From an uncultured Elusimicrobia bacterium (GTDB lineage Bacteria; Elusimicrobiota; Elusimicrobia; 2-01-FULL-59-12), in the NCBI GenBank assembly GCA_963702895.1, contig OY969767.1:992001-1056000 (forward strand): DNA of 64,000 nt, in the 5' to 3' direction. Shown here one piece after another: positions 47,601-58,004 of the stretch. A model generated the notes under the pieces. It saw nothing but the letters and a program-made list of their open reading frames with translations. It was not told the DNA's origin and ran no database searches. Numbering within the stretch: position 1 is the stretch's first letter; every line of letters begins with the position of its first letter. Position numbers and translations under genes: made by a program.

Positions 47601-49514
47601 TTGCATAGTCTTTCCACACTTCTCCTGCTTGCTTTTTGTCTTCATGGAGTCAAAACCCCGCTGGCATTTTTCATTTGGGGCTCTTTGGCACTGCTTGTTA
47701 GTTCGAAGGCTCTTTGGAAGCAGCCAGAATCACTTTACTTTCGATTTCATCACAAAGAATATATCTTCCTTGCTCTTGTCTGCGCCTCCTTATTCTTTTC
47801 AAAAGATCGAACTGCAAGTTTATACCAAAGCGCTCAAATCATTGCATTTCTGGCGCTTTGGCTTTTTTGCAAATCCGATCCAGAAATATTTAAAAATGAT
47901 CGCTTGTTTTTTACTGCCCTCGTTATTTTAAGCATTATGAGCACTGCTAAGACGATATACCAGATGCAACAAGGTCTTTGGGGTTGGGGGCATTCGTACG
48001 GCTTCCTGCCCGAACATCCGGGCATCAATGCCACCTGGATGGCATGTCTAGCTTGTGTTTTCTTCGCATGGCCTCATCGGTCTAGACGTGAGCAGGTTTT
48101 AAAGCACCTTTTGGGATTGATCTTGACGGTTATGGTACTGATAGGACCTTCTCGAGGCTCACTTCTTGCGCTTGGTGCAGGAGTTCTCTATATCCTTCTG
48201 CCATCTCTTGGTGCAAGAAGAGTATTCTATGGAGTTGCAATCTGCTTTATTCTTCTGTCTTTGATCCCTCCTCAATTGCTTTTTAGGCGTCTAAGACTTG
48301 ATGAAGGCAATTATCGTCTTAAGATATGGGGTGTGGCTTGCCAGGCGGTTACTGATAGGCCCTTCACAGGCTATGGATTGGGTAATTTCGAGATGGCTTA
48401 CCAAAGACACGCATTTCCAGTCGAAACTTCGGCCGTGCGTTTTGCCCGTACAACCGAGTTTGCTCATAATGAGTTTCTGCAAGTCGCAAGTGATCTGGGT
48501 TTTCCCGCGTTTCTTCTATTCGTCACTGGAATCTTAGAGCTTCTTTTCTCTCGTCGCCGTAACGAGTCTCCCTATAGGCAATCCGCCAAGGCTGGTTTGT
48601 GGACCCTTGTTATTTCAGCCTGCTATTTTCCGGTATGGCACACGCCGCTACTCCTTTATATCACACTGTTATGGTGTGCCATTTTAAGCCAAGTCCCACA
48701 CGAAGAATTCCCGATTTATCGAGTAAGTCGTGCTGCCGGTTCTCTCGCGCGCGCAAGTGTGTTGATTCTGGTTGTGTCTACTGTATTCATCCTTGGATGG
48801 TCCGCTCTTCGCGAGTATTGGGCCGGACATCAGCGATGGGACCAGATTGTCCGCTGGAATCCCGCCGACTCCGGGGCCTGGGCCAGCTTGGCTGAGCAAC
48901 AAAATGATACATGCGCAAGAGGCCTAAGATACTATGCAAACGCAGTTGAGTCATCTCCCCAACAGCTGTACTTCCGTGAAAAATATGCATACAGACTGGA
49001 AGCTTGTCGCCAAGACGATTATCTGCGCAAGTCCTTTGAGCAGTATCACGCCGCCTACGCGCTTTCCCCCTATCGCGCTGTCAATCTTCTGGCGATGGGT
49101 CGAATTCTTTACATCAGTGGGAGCATCAAGGCGTCCATGCAATGGTTTGAAGGAGCGCGCCGTCTGGAACCACAGTATTGGGAGTGTGACCTATGGTTGG
49201 CACGGTGTCATTTTCGCTTAGGTGACTCCAATAAAGCCCGTTGGATACTTAGGAATCTTCAATATCGTCGAAAGCAGTATCTCACTTACCATGAGCAAAT
49301 CCGTCCCGACTTGCCCTGGACAGAGGATTCGTCGGGATATTCCAACACTATTCTTGGCTACGATGACCGAGTGATTGAGGAGGAGCTCCGGCACATGCTC
49401 CCACGGAGGGGCGCGCGGTCCTCCTTTCCGGTTGTGCTTAGGGCACTTCCTCTGCCGCTCGTCTGCAAGGTCGGGCTGTTGCATGGCCCGCGTCCCGATA
49501 CTGGTGTACAATAG
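47601..49514 (+). CDS. O-antigen ligase/O-oligosaccharyltransferase family (Wzy_C) protein with TPR tail
   Basis: SRGSLL, RLKIW..RPFTGYGLGNF..AHNEFLQ; TPR-like C-terminus; start ambiguous (see findings). Confidence 0.82.
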   Translation: MHSLSTLLLLAFCLHGVKTPLAFFIWGSLALLVSSKALWKQPESLYFRFHHKEYIFLALVCASLFFSKDRTASLYQSAQIIAFLALWLFCKSDPEIFKNDRLFFTALVILSIMSTAKTIYQMQQGLWGWGHSYGFLPEHPGINATWMACLACVFFAWPHRSRREQVLKHLLGLILTVMVLIGPSRGSLLALGAGVLYILLPSLGARRVFYGVAICFILLSLIPPQLLFRRLRLDEGNYRLKIWGVACQAVTDRPFTGYGLGNFEMAYQRHAFPVETSAVRFARTTEFAHNEFLQVASDLGFPAFLLFVTGILELLFSRRRNESPYRQSAKAGLWTLVISACYFPVWHTPLLLYITLLWCAILSQVPHEEFPIYRVSRAAGSLARASVLILVVSTVFILGWSALREYWAGHQRWDQIVRWNPADSGAWASLAEQQNDTCARGLRYYANAVESSPQQLYFREKYAYRLEACRQDDYLRKSFEQYHAAYALSPYRAVNLLAMGRILYISGSIKASMQWFEGARRLEPQYWECDLWLARCHFRLGDSNKARWILRNLQYRRKQYLTYHEQIRPDLPWTEDSSGYSNTILGYDDRVIEEELRHMLPRRGARSSFPVVLRALPLPLVCKVGLLHGPRPDTGVQ

Positions 49515-49558
49515 CGCATGGTTTTTCTCATAACTCACCGCAGACTGGAATATCGGCG

Positions 49559-50737
49559 GTGAAGGTGCCTTTCCTAGATTTGTTGGCTCAAAACCAACCC
49601 CTTCGCATTGAGCTTCAGCGGGCGATCGAAAGTGTCATCGCAAGTCAACGTTTTATTCTTGGAAGTCAAGTCGATGAATTTGAGAGCATCATCGCTTCCG
49701 CTGTCGGTGTTTCTCATGGGGTGGCCTGCGCGAGTGGCTCAGACGCGCTCTTGCTTTCCTTGATGGCCTCTGGAATCCGCCCAGGCGATGCCGTTATCAC
49801 TGTTCCCTTCACATTCTTTGCCACTGCCGGCGCTATCAGCCGATTGGGGGCGCTTCCTCTCTTCGTTGATATAGAACCTACAACGTTCAACATGAGTGCC
49901 GGAAGCTTGGAAGGATTTCTCCATTCGCACTGTGAGCGCCGTAACCATGGAACTTATCATAAGAAAAGTCATCGACGTATACATGCCATCATTCCTGTAC
50001 ATCTATTTGGTCAGTGCGCCGACATGGATCCCCTTCTTGCGCTTGCTTGCGAGTGGGGCCTCATCGTCGTCGAGGATGCCGCGCAATCCATCGGGTCGAC
50101 GTATAAAGGCAAGCCCGCTGGGTCTTTCGGTGATTTCGGTTGCTTTTCATTTTTCCCCAGTAAGAATCTGGGAGGCATGGGAGATGGGGGCATGGTCGTG
50201 ACTCCCCGATCCGACTATGTTGAGCGTCTGAGGATGCTACGGGTTCACGGCAGCAGCCCCAAGTACTATCACAAGCTTATTGGCATGAACAGTCGTCTCG
50301 ACACGATTCAGGCCGCCATTTTGCTCGTAAAGTGGCCGCATTTAGCGCGATGGACAGAAAGACGTAGACAAAATGCTGCTTATTATTCCCAACGTTTCTC
50401 TTTCCATAAGTCTCAACTGATTACGCCTTTCGTACAACCTGAAAACTACATGGTGTACAATCAATACTGTGTTCGAACTCCCTGGAGAGATGAATTGCGT
50501 CAATATCTTCATGAACATGAGATCGGGACAGAAATCTATTACCCTCTCCCTCTGCACTTGCAGGAGTGTTTTGCGGATTTGGACTATTCGGACGGCAGCT
50601 TTCCTGAGGCCGAAAAGGCATCCCGCGAAATTCTTGCCCTGCCCGTCTATCCAGAATTGACTGCTGAACAGCTCGCTTATGTCGTCGATCGCGTGGATTC
50701 CTTTATCCGCTCCAAAGCACGACTAACAAATGTCTAA
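49559..50737 (+). CDS. DegT-family aminotransferase (WbpE/WlbC-like)
   Basis: SGSDAL, TFFAT, EDAAQ, SFFPSKNLG, NSRLDTIQAA. Confidence 0.92.
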   Translation: MKVPFLDLLAQNQPLRIELQRAIESVIASQRFILGSQVDEFESIIASAVGVSHGVACASGSDALLLSLMASGIRPGDAVITVPFTFFATAGAISRLGALPLFVDIEPTTFNMSAGSLEGFLHSHCERRNHGTYHKKSHRRIHAIIPVHLFGQCADMDPLLALACEWGLIVVEDAAQSIGSTYKGKPAGSFGDFGCFSFFPSKNLGGMGDGGMVVTPRSDYVERLRMLRVHGSSPKYYHKLIGMNSRLDTIQAAILLVKWPHLARWTERRRQNAAYYSQRFSFHKSQLITPFVQPENYMVYNQYCVRTPWRDELRQYLHEHEIGTEIYYPLPLHLQECFADLDYSDGSFPEAEKASREILALPVYPELTAEQLAYVVDRVDSFIRSKARLTNV

Positions 50738-51833
50738 AAGAGGCCTTATTACACTGGTGACGATCGTCGGCGCCCGACCACAATTCGTGAAGGCGGCTGT
50801 CTTTTCCCGCGAATGGCGACGACGCCAAAAAGAAATCCTTATCCATACCGGGCAGCACTACGATCCTATGATGTCCGCAGTCTTCTTTCGTGAACTTGGA
50901 TTACCTCGTCCAGATTATCAACTCAGGGTGTCTGGAAACAGTCATGGTGTGCAGACTGGCCGCATGATGGCGGCTTTGGAACCAATACTTTCAAGAATCA
51001 ACCCGGACGGCGTACTCCTCTATGGGGATACGAATTCAGCGCTGGCAGGGGCCCTGACCGCTTCTAAACTCCGATTGCCAATCTTTCACATCGAAGCAGG
51101 GCTTCGCTCCTATCGCAAGACCATGCCCGAGGAGATCAACCGCCTTGTAGTCGATCATTTGTCAGATCTTCTTTTTGCACCAACAGACACAGCCGTCAAG
51201 AATCTTAAGCGCGAAGGGATTACAAAGGGTGTCTCCTGTGTTGGGGATATTATGTGGGATGCGTTTAAGTGTTATCGACCCAAACAAACATCCTTAACGG
51301 TGACTCTCCCGATACGTCAACCTTACGCACTTGTGACCATTCATCGGGCCCATAGCACGGATAACCCGAGGATACTCTCATCGCTTTGCCAGGCCTTGAG
51401 CCATTTGCCTGTGGCTGTTTTGTGGCCAATCCATCCGCGCACGCGTCAAGCGCTACGCCACGCAAAGATCAAGCTCGGGTCCAACATCACCATCATAGAG
51501 CCCGTTGGATATATTGAAAGTCTCGAAATCCAGTCCCAAGCTGAGTGTATTCTCACTGATTCTGGGGGTGTTCAAAGGGAAGCCTACTTCTTGCGCAAAC
51601 CGTGTGTGACGCTTCGTCATGAAACAGAGTGGATAGAAACATTACAATCAGGTCACAATGTCCTGGGGGGGTATACGACCCATACCGTTCTCTCTGCATA
51701 CCAGCGTGCCCAGGCTGGTCAACGCAAGGCCTGGCCATCTCTTTTCGGGACGGGCGATGCTGGCAAACGCGCCTCTGCCATTATTTTGAAGCATTTGTCC
51801 GAACATTCAGGAAAGGGTCATTGGTATGGTTAA
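50730..51833 (+). CDS. Non-hydrolysing UDP-HexNAc 2-epimerase (WbpI/WlbD-like)
   Basis: [39 protein letters not shown]. Confidence 0.92.
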   Translation: MSKRGLITLVTIVGARPQFVKAAVFSREWRRRQKEILIHTGQHYDPMMSAVFFRELGLPRPDYQLRVSGNSHGVQTGRMMAALEPILSRINPDGVLLYGDTNSALAGALTASKLRLPIFHIEAGLRSYRKTMPEEINRLVVDHLSDLLFAPTDTAVKNLKREGITKGVSCVGDIMWDAFKCYRPKQTSLTVTLPIRQPYALVTIHRAHSTDNPRILSSLCQALSHLPVAVLWPIHPRTRQALRHAKIKLGSNITIIEPVGYIESLEIQSQAECILTDSGGVQREAYFLRKPCVTLRHETEWIETLQSGHNVLGGYTTHTVLSAYQRAQAGQRKAWPSLFGTGDAGKRASAIILKHLSEHSGKGHWYG

Positions 51834-53415
51834 AATCGCTGTTATCGGGGCAGGCTATTGGGGAAAGAATCTGGTTCGCAACTTTTACGAACTAGGTGTT
51901 TTAAAAACGATCTGTGATCCACATCCAGATGTGCAGAAAAGCTTAAAGTGCTCGTACCCACACTTATTCATGACAACAGATATCAAGACGGTTTTGTCAG
52001 ATCCCGAGGTTGCCGCAGTAGCCATTGCCACACCGGCGGAAAGCCATTTCGATTTAGGGCAACAGGCGCTCCGGGCCGGTAAGCATGTCTTGATGGAAAA
52101 ACCCCTCTGCTTAGAGATTCGACATGCAGAGGCGCTCATCCATTTGGCAGAAGAGCAACAAAAACAGCTCATGGTGGGCCATGTCCTGCATTACCATCCT
52201 GCGATCGTTCGCATGAAAGAGCTCATTCATGCAGGTGAAATTGGTGAATTGCAATACTTCTATTCCAATCGTCTCAATTTGGGCAAATTCCGTGTTGAAG
52301 AGAATATCCTCTGGAGTTTTGCCCCCCATGATATTTCACTCATGCTTTCCTTGATGAAAGAATACCCACAGAACATTCACTGCACCGGAGGCAGTTACCT
52401 CTCTCATCGTATTGCTGATGTCACACTGTGTAGTTTTTCTTTCGCCTCGGGGGTTCGAAGTCATATCTTTGTCTCCTGGTTACACCCCACAAAAGAGCAA
52501 AAAGTGGTTGTTGTCGGCAGCCAAGGCATGTTTGTATTTGATGATGGCGAAGTTCCTGAAAAGAAACTTTCGATCTTTCGACACAAGATTCACTGGAAGA
52601 ATGGACAGCCTGTGCCGGACAGAAATGAGGCTGAAGTCATCCCCCTCGACTGGTCAGAGCCTTTGAAAAATGAATGTCTTGCCTTCTTGTCAGCTATCAA
52701 AAGTAAAGTTGCGCCGATAACCGACGGGCGGGAAGGCTTGCAAACACTACGACTTTTGAACGACTGCCAGGAGTCTTTGACCAGCAACCAAAATATTCAT
52801 CCTGGAGAGCCAAAGTCTGACCTGGAGGATCCCTATATTCACCCGAGCGCTGTTATCGATCTCGGTGTTTCCATTGGCCGAGGCTCAAAAGTCTGGCACT
52901 TTACCCATATTTCTGAGAATGCCAAGATCGGCCAACGATGTTCACTCGGGCAAAACGTCTTCATCGGACGAAATGTCGTCCTGGGCCAAAATGTGAAAGT
53001 CCAAAATAATGTCTCGATCTATGAGAGAGTTGAGATTGAAGACGATGTATTTCTGGGTCCTTCGATGGTCTTTACGAATGTTCTTAATCCTCGATCAGAA
53101 GTCCCTCGGAAGCATGAGTACCGAAAGTCGATCGTCAAAAAAGGAGCAACCATTGGGGCCAACGCCACGATTGTCTGTGGACATACTGTTGGAATGTATG
53201 CGTTTGTGGGTGCAGCGGCTGTCGTGACAAAGGATGTTCCTGATTACGCTCTTGTTTATGGCTCGCCGGCTCAGCAACATGGATGGATGTGTCGATGTGG
53301 CGAAAAGCTGGTGTCAGCATCCAAGCAGGTATGGCATTGCCTCCAGTGCGATGCACGCTATCATGAGAAACATCGCGTGCTGAGTCCTCTATTGCCTGTT
53401 CGAAAAACCAAATAG
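51826..53415 (+). CDS. Fused Gfo/Idh/MocA dehydrogenase + hexapeptide N-acetyltransferase (WbpB-WbpD-like)
   Basis: N-part GAGYWG, EKP, SFAPHD; C-part [36 protein letters not shown]. Confidence 0.9.
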   Translation: MVKIAVIGAGYWGKNLVRNFYELGVLKTICDPHPDVQKSLKCSYPHLFMTTDIKTVLSDPEVAAVAIATPAESHFDLGQQALRAGKHVLMEKPLCLEIRHAEALIHLAEEQQKQLMVGHVLHYHPAIVRMKELIHAGEIGELQYFYSNRLNLGKFRVEENILWSFAPHDISLMLSLMKEYPQNIHCTGGSYLSHRIADVTLCSFSFASGVRSHIFVSWLHPTKEQKVVVVGSQGMFVFDDGEVPEKKLSIFRHKIHWKNGQPVPDRNEAEVIPLDWSEPLKNECLAFLSAIKSKVAPITDGREGLQTLRLLNDCQESLTSNQNIHPGEPKSDLEDPYIHPSAVIDLGVSIGRGSKVWHFTHISENAKIGQRCSLGQNVFIGRNVVLGQNVKVQNNVSIYERVEIEDDVFLGPSMVFTNVLNPRSEVPRKHEYRKSIVKKGATIGANATIVCGHTVGMYAFVGAAAVVTKDVPDYALVYGSPAQQHGWMCRCGEKLVSASKQVWHCLQCDARYHEKHRVLSPLLPVRKTK

Positions 53416-53432
53416 ATTGGATTGCCTTTAAT

Positions 53433-55331
53433 ATGTGTGGAATCGTCGGCTTCATACATCCGCAGGAACATCCAGATCAGATCCTGCGCCGCATGATGAC
53501 AAGTATTGCTTATCGAGGCCCAGACGATCGAGGGGAGTTTATTGATCAAAACGTTTGCCTTGGTCACGTGCGGCTTTCGATTATCGATTTGGAAACAGGT
53601 CATCAGCCGATGGCCAACGCAGACCAGAGCGTATGGGTGATCTATAATGGCGAGATTTATAACTATCGAGAGCTCCGCAGCGAACTCGCCGCACGCGGTC
53701 ATCGTTTTATCTCAAAATCCGACACCGAGGTCCTCCTCCACCTTTATGATGTCTATGGTGATCATTGTGTGGATTACCTGAATGGCATGTTTGCATTTAT
53801 CATCTATGATCGTCGACGTCATCGATTGTTTGCGGCAAGAGACCGCTTTGGCATCAAACCGTTTTACTACACAATGCCAAACAACGGTCTCGTCTTCGCA
53901 TCTGAAATAAAGGCTCTTCTCCAACATCCTACCGTGTGTGCCAGAGTGGATCGCCGGGCTCTAGCGGAGTACGTCACGTTGCAGTTCTGCCTGGGGTCGA
54001 AAACGCTCTTCGAAGGGATAAAGAAGCTCGAACCAGCATCCTGTCTATCTTTTGATCTTACGAATGGCAAGCACCGACTGTGGGAATATTGGAGACCGAC
54101 ATCCGAGCATGATCCGATGATCAGCGAGGCTTCCGCTGTTGAACAATTAGACACGCTCCTGCGGGATTCGATAAGATTGCAGCTGAGAAGTGATGTTGCT
54201 CTAGGTACCTCCTTGAGCGGTGGGCTCGACTCCTCGGTGGTGACGTGCCTGGCTGCAGATCTAAGTCCTCGTCCAATTATGACCTTCACAGGAGGTTTTC
54301 GTGAACAAGGCCCGTATGATGAATCTGCCTTCGCCAAGGTGGTGGTGGGCAGCCGAAATAACTTGTTATATCGTGAGGTCTATCCAAGTTCAAGCGATTT
54401 CATAGACGCATTGCCGAAGCTGATTTACCATATGGATGAACCTGCCGCTGGGCCCGGCATCTTTCCCCAGTATATGGTGTCTTCTCTAGCCTCGAAGCAT
54501 GTCAAAGTTGTCTTAGGCGGTCAGGGAGGGGATGAGCTGTTTGGCGGCTATGCCCGTTACTACCTCCTTCATTTGTGGCAGCGGATATCAGAAAGTCTTT
54601 TCCATCCCACAAGGGCGGATCCCCAAGACCTGCTCATGCTTTGGAAGAAGCGAAAGCTGCTCCGCGCTTATCTTCCATCCATCAAGAGGCTCTTTTCCAA
54701 AAGGCAGTGGGGTGAGTCTTGGGCCACACGGTATTTGAGACTTCTGAACCGATCAGAGAAATCAAACATGTATTTTACACCTGACATTGTCGAGCCATCC
54801 TACCGAGCAGACATGGAACAAGAGCTTGAAGCTCTCTTTAATCGCTTCCCAAACAGTTCGCTCTACGAACGCGCGACGTTTCTGGACATGAAAACGCATT
54901 TACCAGCGCTCTTGCAGGTAGAAGACAGGGTCAGTATGGCCGTGTCATTGGAATCGCGTGTTCCGCTTTTGGATCACCGAATTGTCGAGCTGATGGGCAG
55001 ACTATCTTCAGACATCAAGTATAAGCATGGAAACATGAAGCACCTTTACAAAAAATCCGCGAGTAAGATCGTGCCCGCTGCTGTGGTGCAACGTGAAGAC
55101 AAAATGGGATTTCCTGTGCCACTTGTAACCTGGGCGAAGGGGCCCTTGCAGCCTTTTCTGAAAGAGTTGTTCACATCCGCCCCTTCGCGGCAGCGTGGCG
55201 TCTTTAACAACGACCATATCCTCCAAGCGCTCGGACAGGAACATACCTTTGGCCGCGACCTGTGGGGCGCTCTATGTCTTGAGATTTGGTTCAAAACATT
55301 CATCGATCGAAATCCCAAAGAGGAGCTATAA
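53433..55331 (+). CDS. asnB: AsnB-like glutamine-dependent amidotransferase
   Basis: MCGI, YRGPD, NGEIYN, LSGGLDS, GQGGDE. Confidence 0.9.
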   Translation: MCGIVGFIHPQEHPDQILRRMMTSIAYRGPDDRGEFIDQNVCLGHVRLSIIDLETGHQPMANADQSVWVIYNGEIYNYRELRSELAARGHRFISKSDTEVLLHLYDVYGDHCVDYLNGMFAFIIYDRRRHRLFAARDRFGIKPFYYTMPNNGLVFASEIKALLQHPTVCARVDRRALAEYVTLQFCLGSKTLFEGIKKLEPASCLSFDLTNGKHRLWEYWRPTSEHDPMISEASAVEQLDTLLRDSIRLQLRSDVALGTSLSGGLDSSVVTCLAADLSPRPIMTFTGGFREQGPYDESAFAKVVVGSRNNLLYREVYPSSSDFIDALPKLIYHMDEPAAGPGIFPQYMVSSLASKHVKVVLGGQGGDELFGGYARYYLLHLWQRISESLFHPTRADPQDLLMLWKKRKLLRAYLPSIKRLFSKRQWGESWATRYLRLLNRSEKSNMYFTPDIVEPSYRADMEQELEALFNRFPNSSLYERATFLDMKTHLPALLQVEDRVSMAVSLESRVPLLDHRIVELMGRLSSDIKYKHGNMKHLYKKSASKIVPAAVVQREDKMGFPVPLVTWAKGPLQPFLKELFTSAPSRQRGVFNNDHILQALGQEHTFGRDLWGALCLEIWFKTFIDRNPKEEL

Positions 55332-55332
55332 A

Positions 55333-56277
55333 ATGAAAATCTTGATTACGGGAGGAGCTGGATTTATAGGTTCCCATCTTGCCGATCACCTGCTTTCATT
55401 GGGCTACAAGGTGCTCGTGATGGACACTTTTGCGACGGGACGGCGAGATAATCTGACTCAACATACAAACCTGCAGATTGAGGAAGGCAGTATATCGAAC
55501 AAGGCATTTTGTGAAGCCATCTTTGAACAGTTTAAGCCTGAAGTTGTGATTCACGCAGCCGCTTCCTACAAAGACCCTTCGAATTGGGAAGAAGATGCCT
55601 TAACCAATGTCCTGGGCACAACTCATATTGTCAAGAGCTCCCTCAAGAATAACGTTCAACGACTGATCTATTTTCAGACATCTCTATGCTATGGAATGCC
55701 TGCATCTCAACCCATCACCTTAGACCACCCGCTTCACCCCGAAAGCAGCTACGCGATTTCGAAGACCGCCGCGGAGCACTATATCGCTTTGAGTGGCCTA
55801 GACTTTATCTCCTTCCGCCTTGCCAATGTCTTTGGGCCTAGGAACCTGAGTGGGCCCGTCCCCACTTTTTATAACCGCCTACACCAGAAGAAGACGTGTT
55901 TTGTCGTCGATACCCGACGGGACTTCCTCTTCATCAGGGATCTGGTTGAGCTGGTTTCAAAAGCGGTCTTAGGCGAAGGGCGCAAGGGTTATTACCATGT
56001 TTCAAGCGGGAAAGATATTTCCATTCATGAGCTTTACCTGAAAATTGTTCAAGCCATGAGACTAGAGGATTTGCCCCCCGTTGAGATCAGGCCACGTCAG
56101 TCGGATGATGTCCCCTCCATATTGCTCGATCCTTCCAAGACCACGAAGGACTTCGGGTGGGCCACCCAGCATGATTGGCGCGAGGGCGTCAAAGCGGCCG
56201 TTTCCTGGTACCAAACACATCACGTGAACGAGACTTATACGCATCTTGCGGGCGTGCATGCGAAGATCATGTCATAA
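55333..56277 (+). CDS. Extended SDR nucleotide-sugar epimerase/reductase, Bordetella WbmG/WbmH-like
   Basis: AAASYKDP..W, FQTSLCYG, SSYAISK, RLANVFGPRN.SGP; start ATG 55333 after AGGAG. Confidence 0.85.
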   Translation: MKILITGGAGFIGSHLADHLLSLGYKVLVMDTFATGRRDNLTQHTNLQIEEGSISNKAFCEAIFEQFKPEVVIHAAASYKDPSNWEEDALTNVLGTTHIVKSSLKNNVQRLIYFQTSLCYGMPASQPITLDHPLHPESSYAISKTAAEHYIALSGLDFISFRLANVFGPRNLSGPVPTFYNRLHQKKTCFVVDTRRDFLFIRDLVELVSKAVLGEGRKGYYHVSSGKDISIHELYLKIVQAMRLEDLPPVEIRPRQSDDVPSILLDPSKTTKDFGWATQHDWREGVKAAVSWYQTHHVNETYTHLAGVHAKIMS

Positions 56278-56513
56278 GTTCCTCTCGTCCCTCCAACCAG
56301 AATCCAGCCGCATGCCTGGTCATTTAGCGCCGGACGCCAGGCTCGACGCTGACGGCGAGTTTGATCGCAGGCATTCAATACACAACTTTAGAGGAAGGTA
56401 AACCTACAAAAGGATGGATTGAAGCAAGGGCCCTTCAGGAATCATTCGACGCAGAAATCAGAGGACTTCCTAAACTGCTGAAGAGGCCACCCCCCGCAGG
56501 GATGTGACTCTCA

Positions 56514-57983
56514 TCACTCGGCAGCGATTTTTGGGGTAATAAAGACGATCAGCTCCAGGCGCGTCTTTCTTTTGTTGACGCTCTTAAAGAGATAACCCAA
56601 TATCGGGATCGACATGAGGAAGGGTATGCCCGTGACCTCGTCGTCCTCTTGCTCTTTGATTAAGCCGCCGATGGCAATGGTTTCCCCATCGCGAAGGACA
56701 ACGGTGGTATCCGCATTACGCGTGTTCACGGTTGGCGGCAAGGTCGCACTTCCCGTCCCCTTGGGGTTGCTCACTTCGGGCTTAACTTTAAGCGTAATCC
56801 TGCGGTCTGCGTTGACCGTGGGTTTAACCGTTAATTTAACTCCGGCTGTAACGAATTGGACGCTTTCCTGGACTGTACTGTTGGTCACGGTCTGGACTTT
56901 ATAAGGGATCTGGTCGGAAACATTGATCGTGGCTTCCTGATTGTTCGTTGTCACAATGTGCGGAGAAGACAAGACCTTCGCCTTCCCTTTTGTTGCTAAA
57001 GCGGAGATTTGCGCTGAGAGAAGGTATGTTCCTTGCTGTGTAAGGAATGAAAATCCAACGGATTTGGGACCTGCAAGGTTGACGCCTGTGCCCCCATCAT
57101 CCCCAGGGCCAAGGACCTTTACGCCCGTGTTATCGGTTGGCGGTACTAATCCCCCAAACTTTCCTACTGAATTCTGCGACACCCCGATCCGATAATCGTC
57201 ATCCTGTCCGGTGTTTCCGGCATACGCCCAGCTGATGCCTGCTGCGAATTGATCGTCCAGTGCAACCTCTACGATTTTGGATTCAATATCAACCTGCTGA
57301 GGCTTTTTGTCTAGAACAGGGATGAGATCTTCGATTTCTTTTAGGCCTTCAATGGTGTCTGTGATGATCAGCGAATTGGTCTTGACGTCAACCGTGGACA
57401 CACCTTTTCGTGAAGCAGACGATCGGATAGAATCGATCGGTTTTTTCACATCCTCGGCAAGCGCATAGTTTAAGCGAAAGACGCGGGTGAACGTGGTAGC
57501 CTGCGATTGCTCCGTTGTCAAGGTGCTTGATGTGACGACGCGGATGATCTTGGGGCCCAGAGGGAGTGCGACCAAGGATTTGAGAGTGAGGATCGTTTGG
57601 AAAGCTTGATCAAAAGGGACTTTATCAAGATGCAGTGTGATGGGCCCCGTCACGTCTGTTCCGTAAATGATGTTCAGTCCAGACTTGAGGGCCATCAGAT
57701 GGAGCACATCTTTAACGTCAGCATCCTGGAAATCCATCGTCATCGTCTGTTTTGGGAGCGTAATGCCACCCATCACCAGCTTTGGAGGTGTGCTTGATGC
57801 GATCTCGATGCCTTCTGAAGAGTTTGATGCCTGGTTTGCTGTGACACCCATAGCTTCAGATGCATTTGTGGTGTCTCGTCCCACCCCTTGATCATCGATT
57901 TCTGCCCAGCCTATATTGATGGACTGAGTGAGCATGCACAGCGATAACAGAAATCTGATACTAATACTTTTCGCGTTTATCAT
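56514..57983 (-). CDS. pilQ: Type IV pilus secretin
   Basis: MDFQDADV, VPFDQAF, QVDIESKIVE, VLSSP, GETIAIGGL, IPILGYLF, ELIVFITPKI. Confidence 0.9.
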   Translation of the reverse strand: MINAKSISIRFLLSLCMLTQSINIGWAEIDDQGVGRDTTNASEAMGVTANQASNSSEGIEIASSTPPKLVMGGITLPKQTMTMDFQDADVKDVLHLMALKSGLNIIYGTDVTGPITLHLDKVPFDQAFQTILTLKSLVALPLGPKIIRVVTSSTLTTEQSQATTFTRVFRLNYALAEDVKKPIDSIRSSASRKGVSTVDVKTNSLIITDTIEGLKEIEDLIPVLDKKPQQVDIESKIVEVALDDQFAAGISWAYAGNTGQDDDYRIGVSQNSVGKFGGLVPPTDNTGVKVLGPGDDGGTGVNLAGPKSVGFSFLTQQGTYLLSAQISALATKGKAKVLSSPHIVTTNNQEATINVSDQIPYKVQTVTNSTVQESVQFVTAGVKLTVKPTVNADRRITLKVKPEVSNPKGTGSATLPPTVNTRNADTTVVLRDGETIAIGGLIKEQEDDEVTGIPFLMSIPILGYLFKSVNKRKTRLELIVFITPKIAAE

Positions 57984-58004
57984 AAGATCCTCCCATGTCC
58001 CCTC

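Noticed and set aside
56361..56507. 48-codon TTG ORF between the glycan locus and pilQ
   Set aside because: No RBS and no recognisable similarity.
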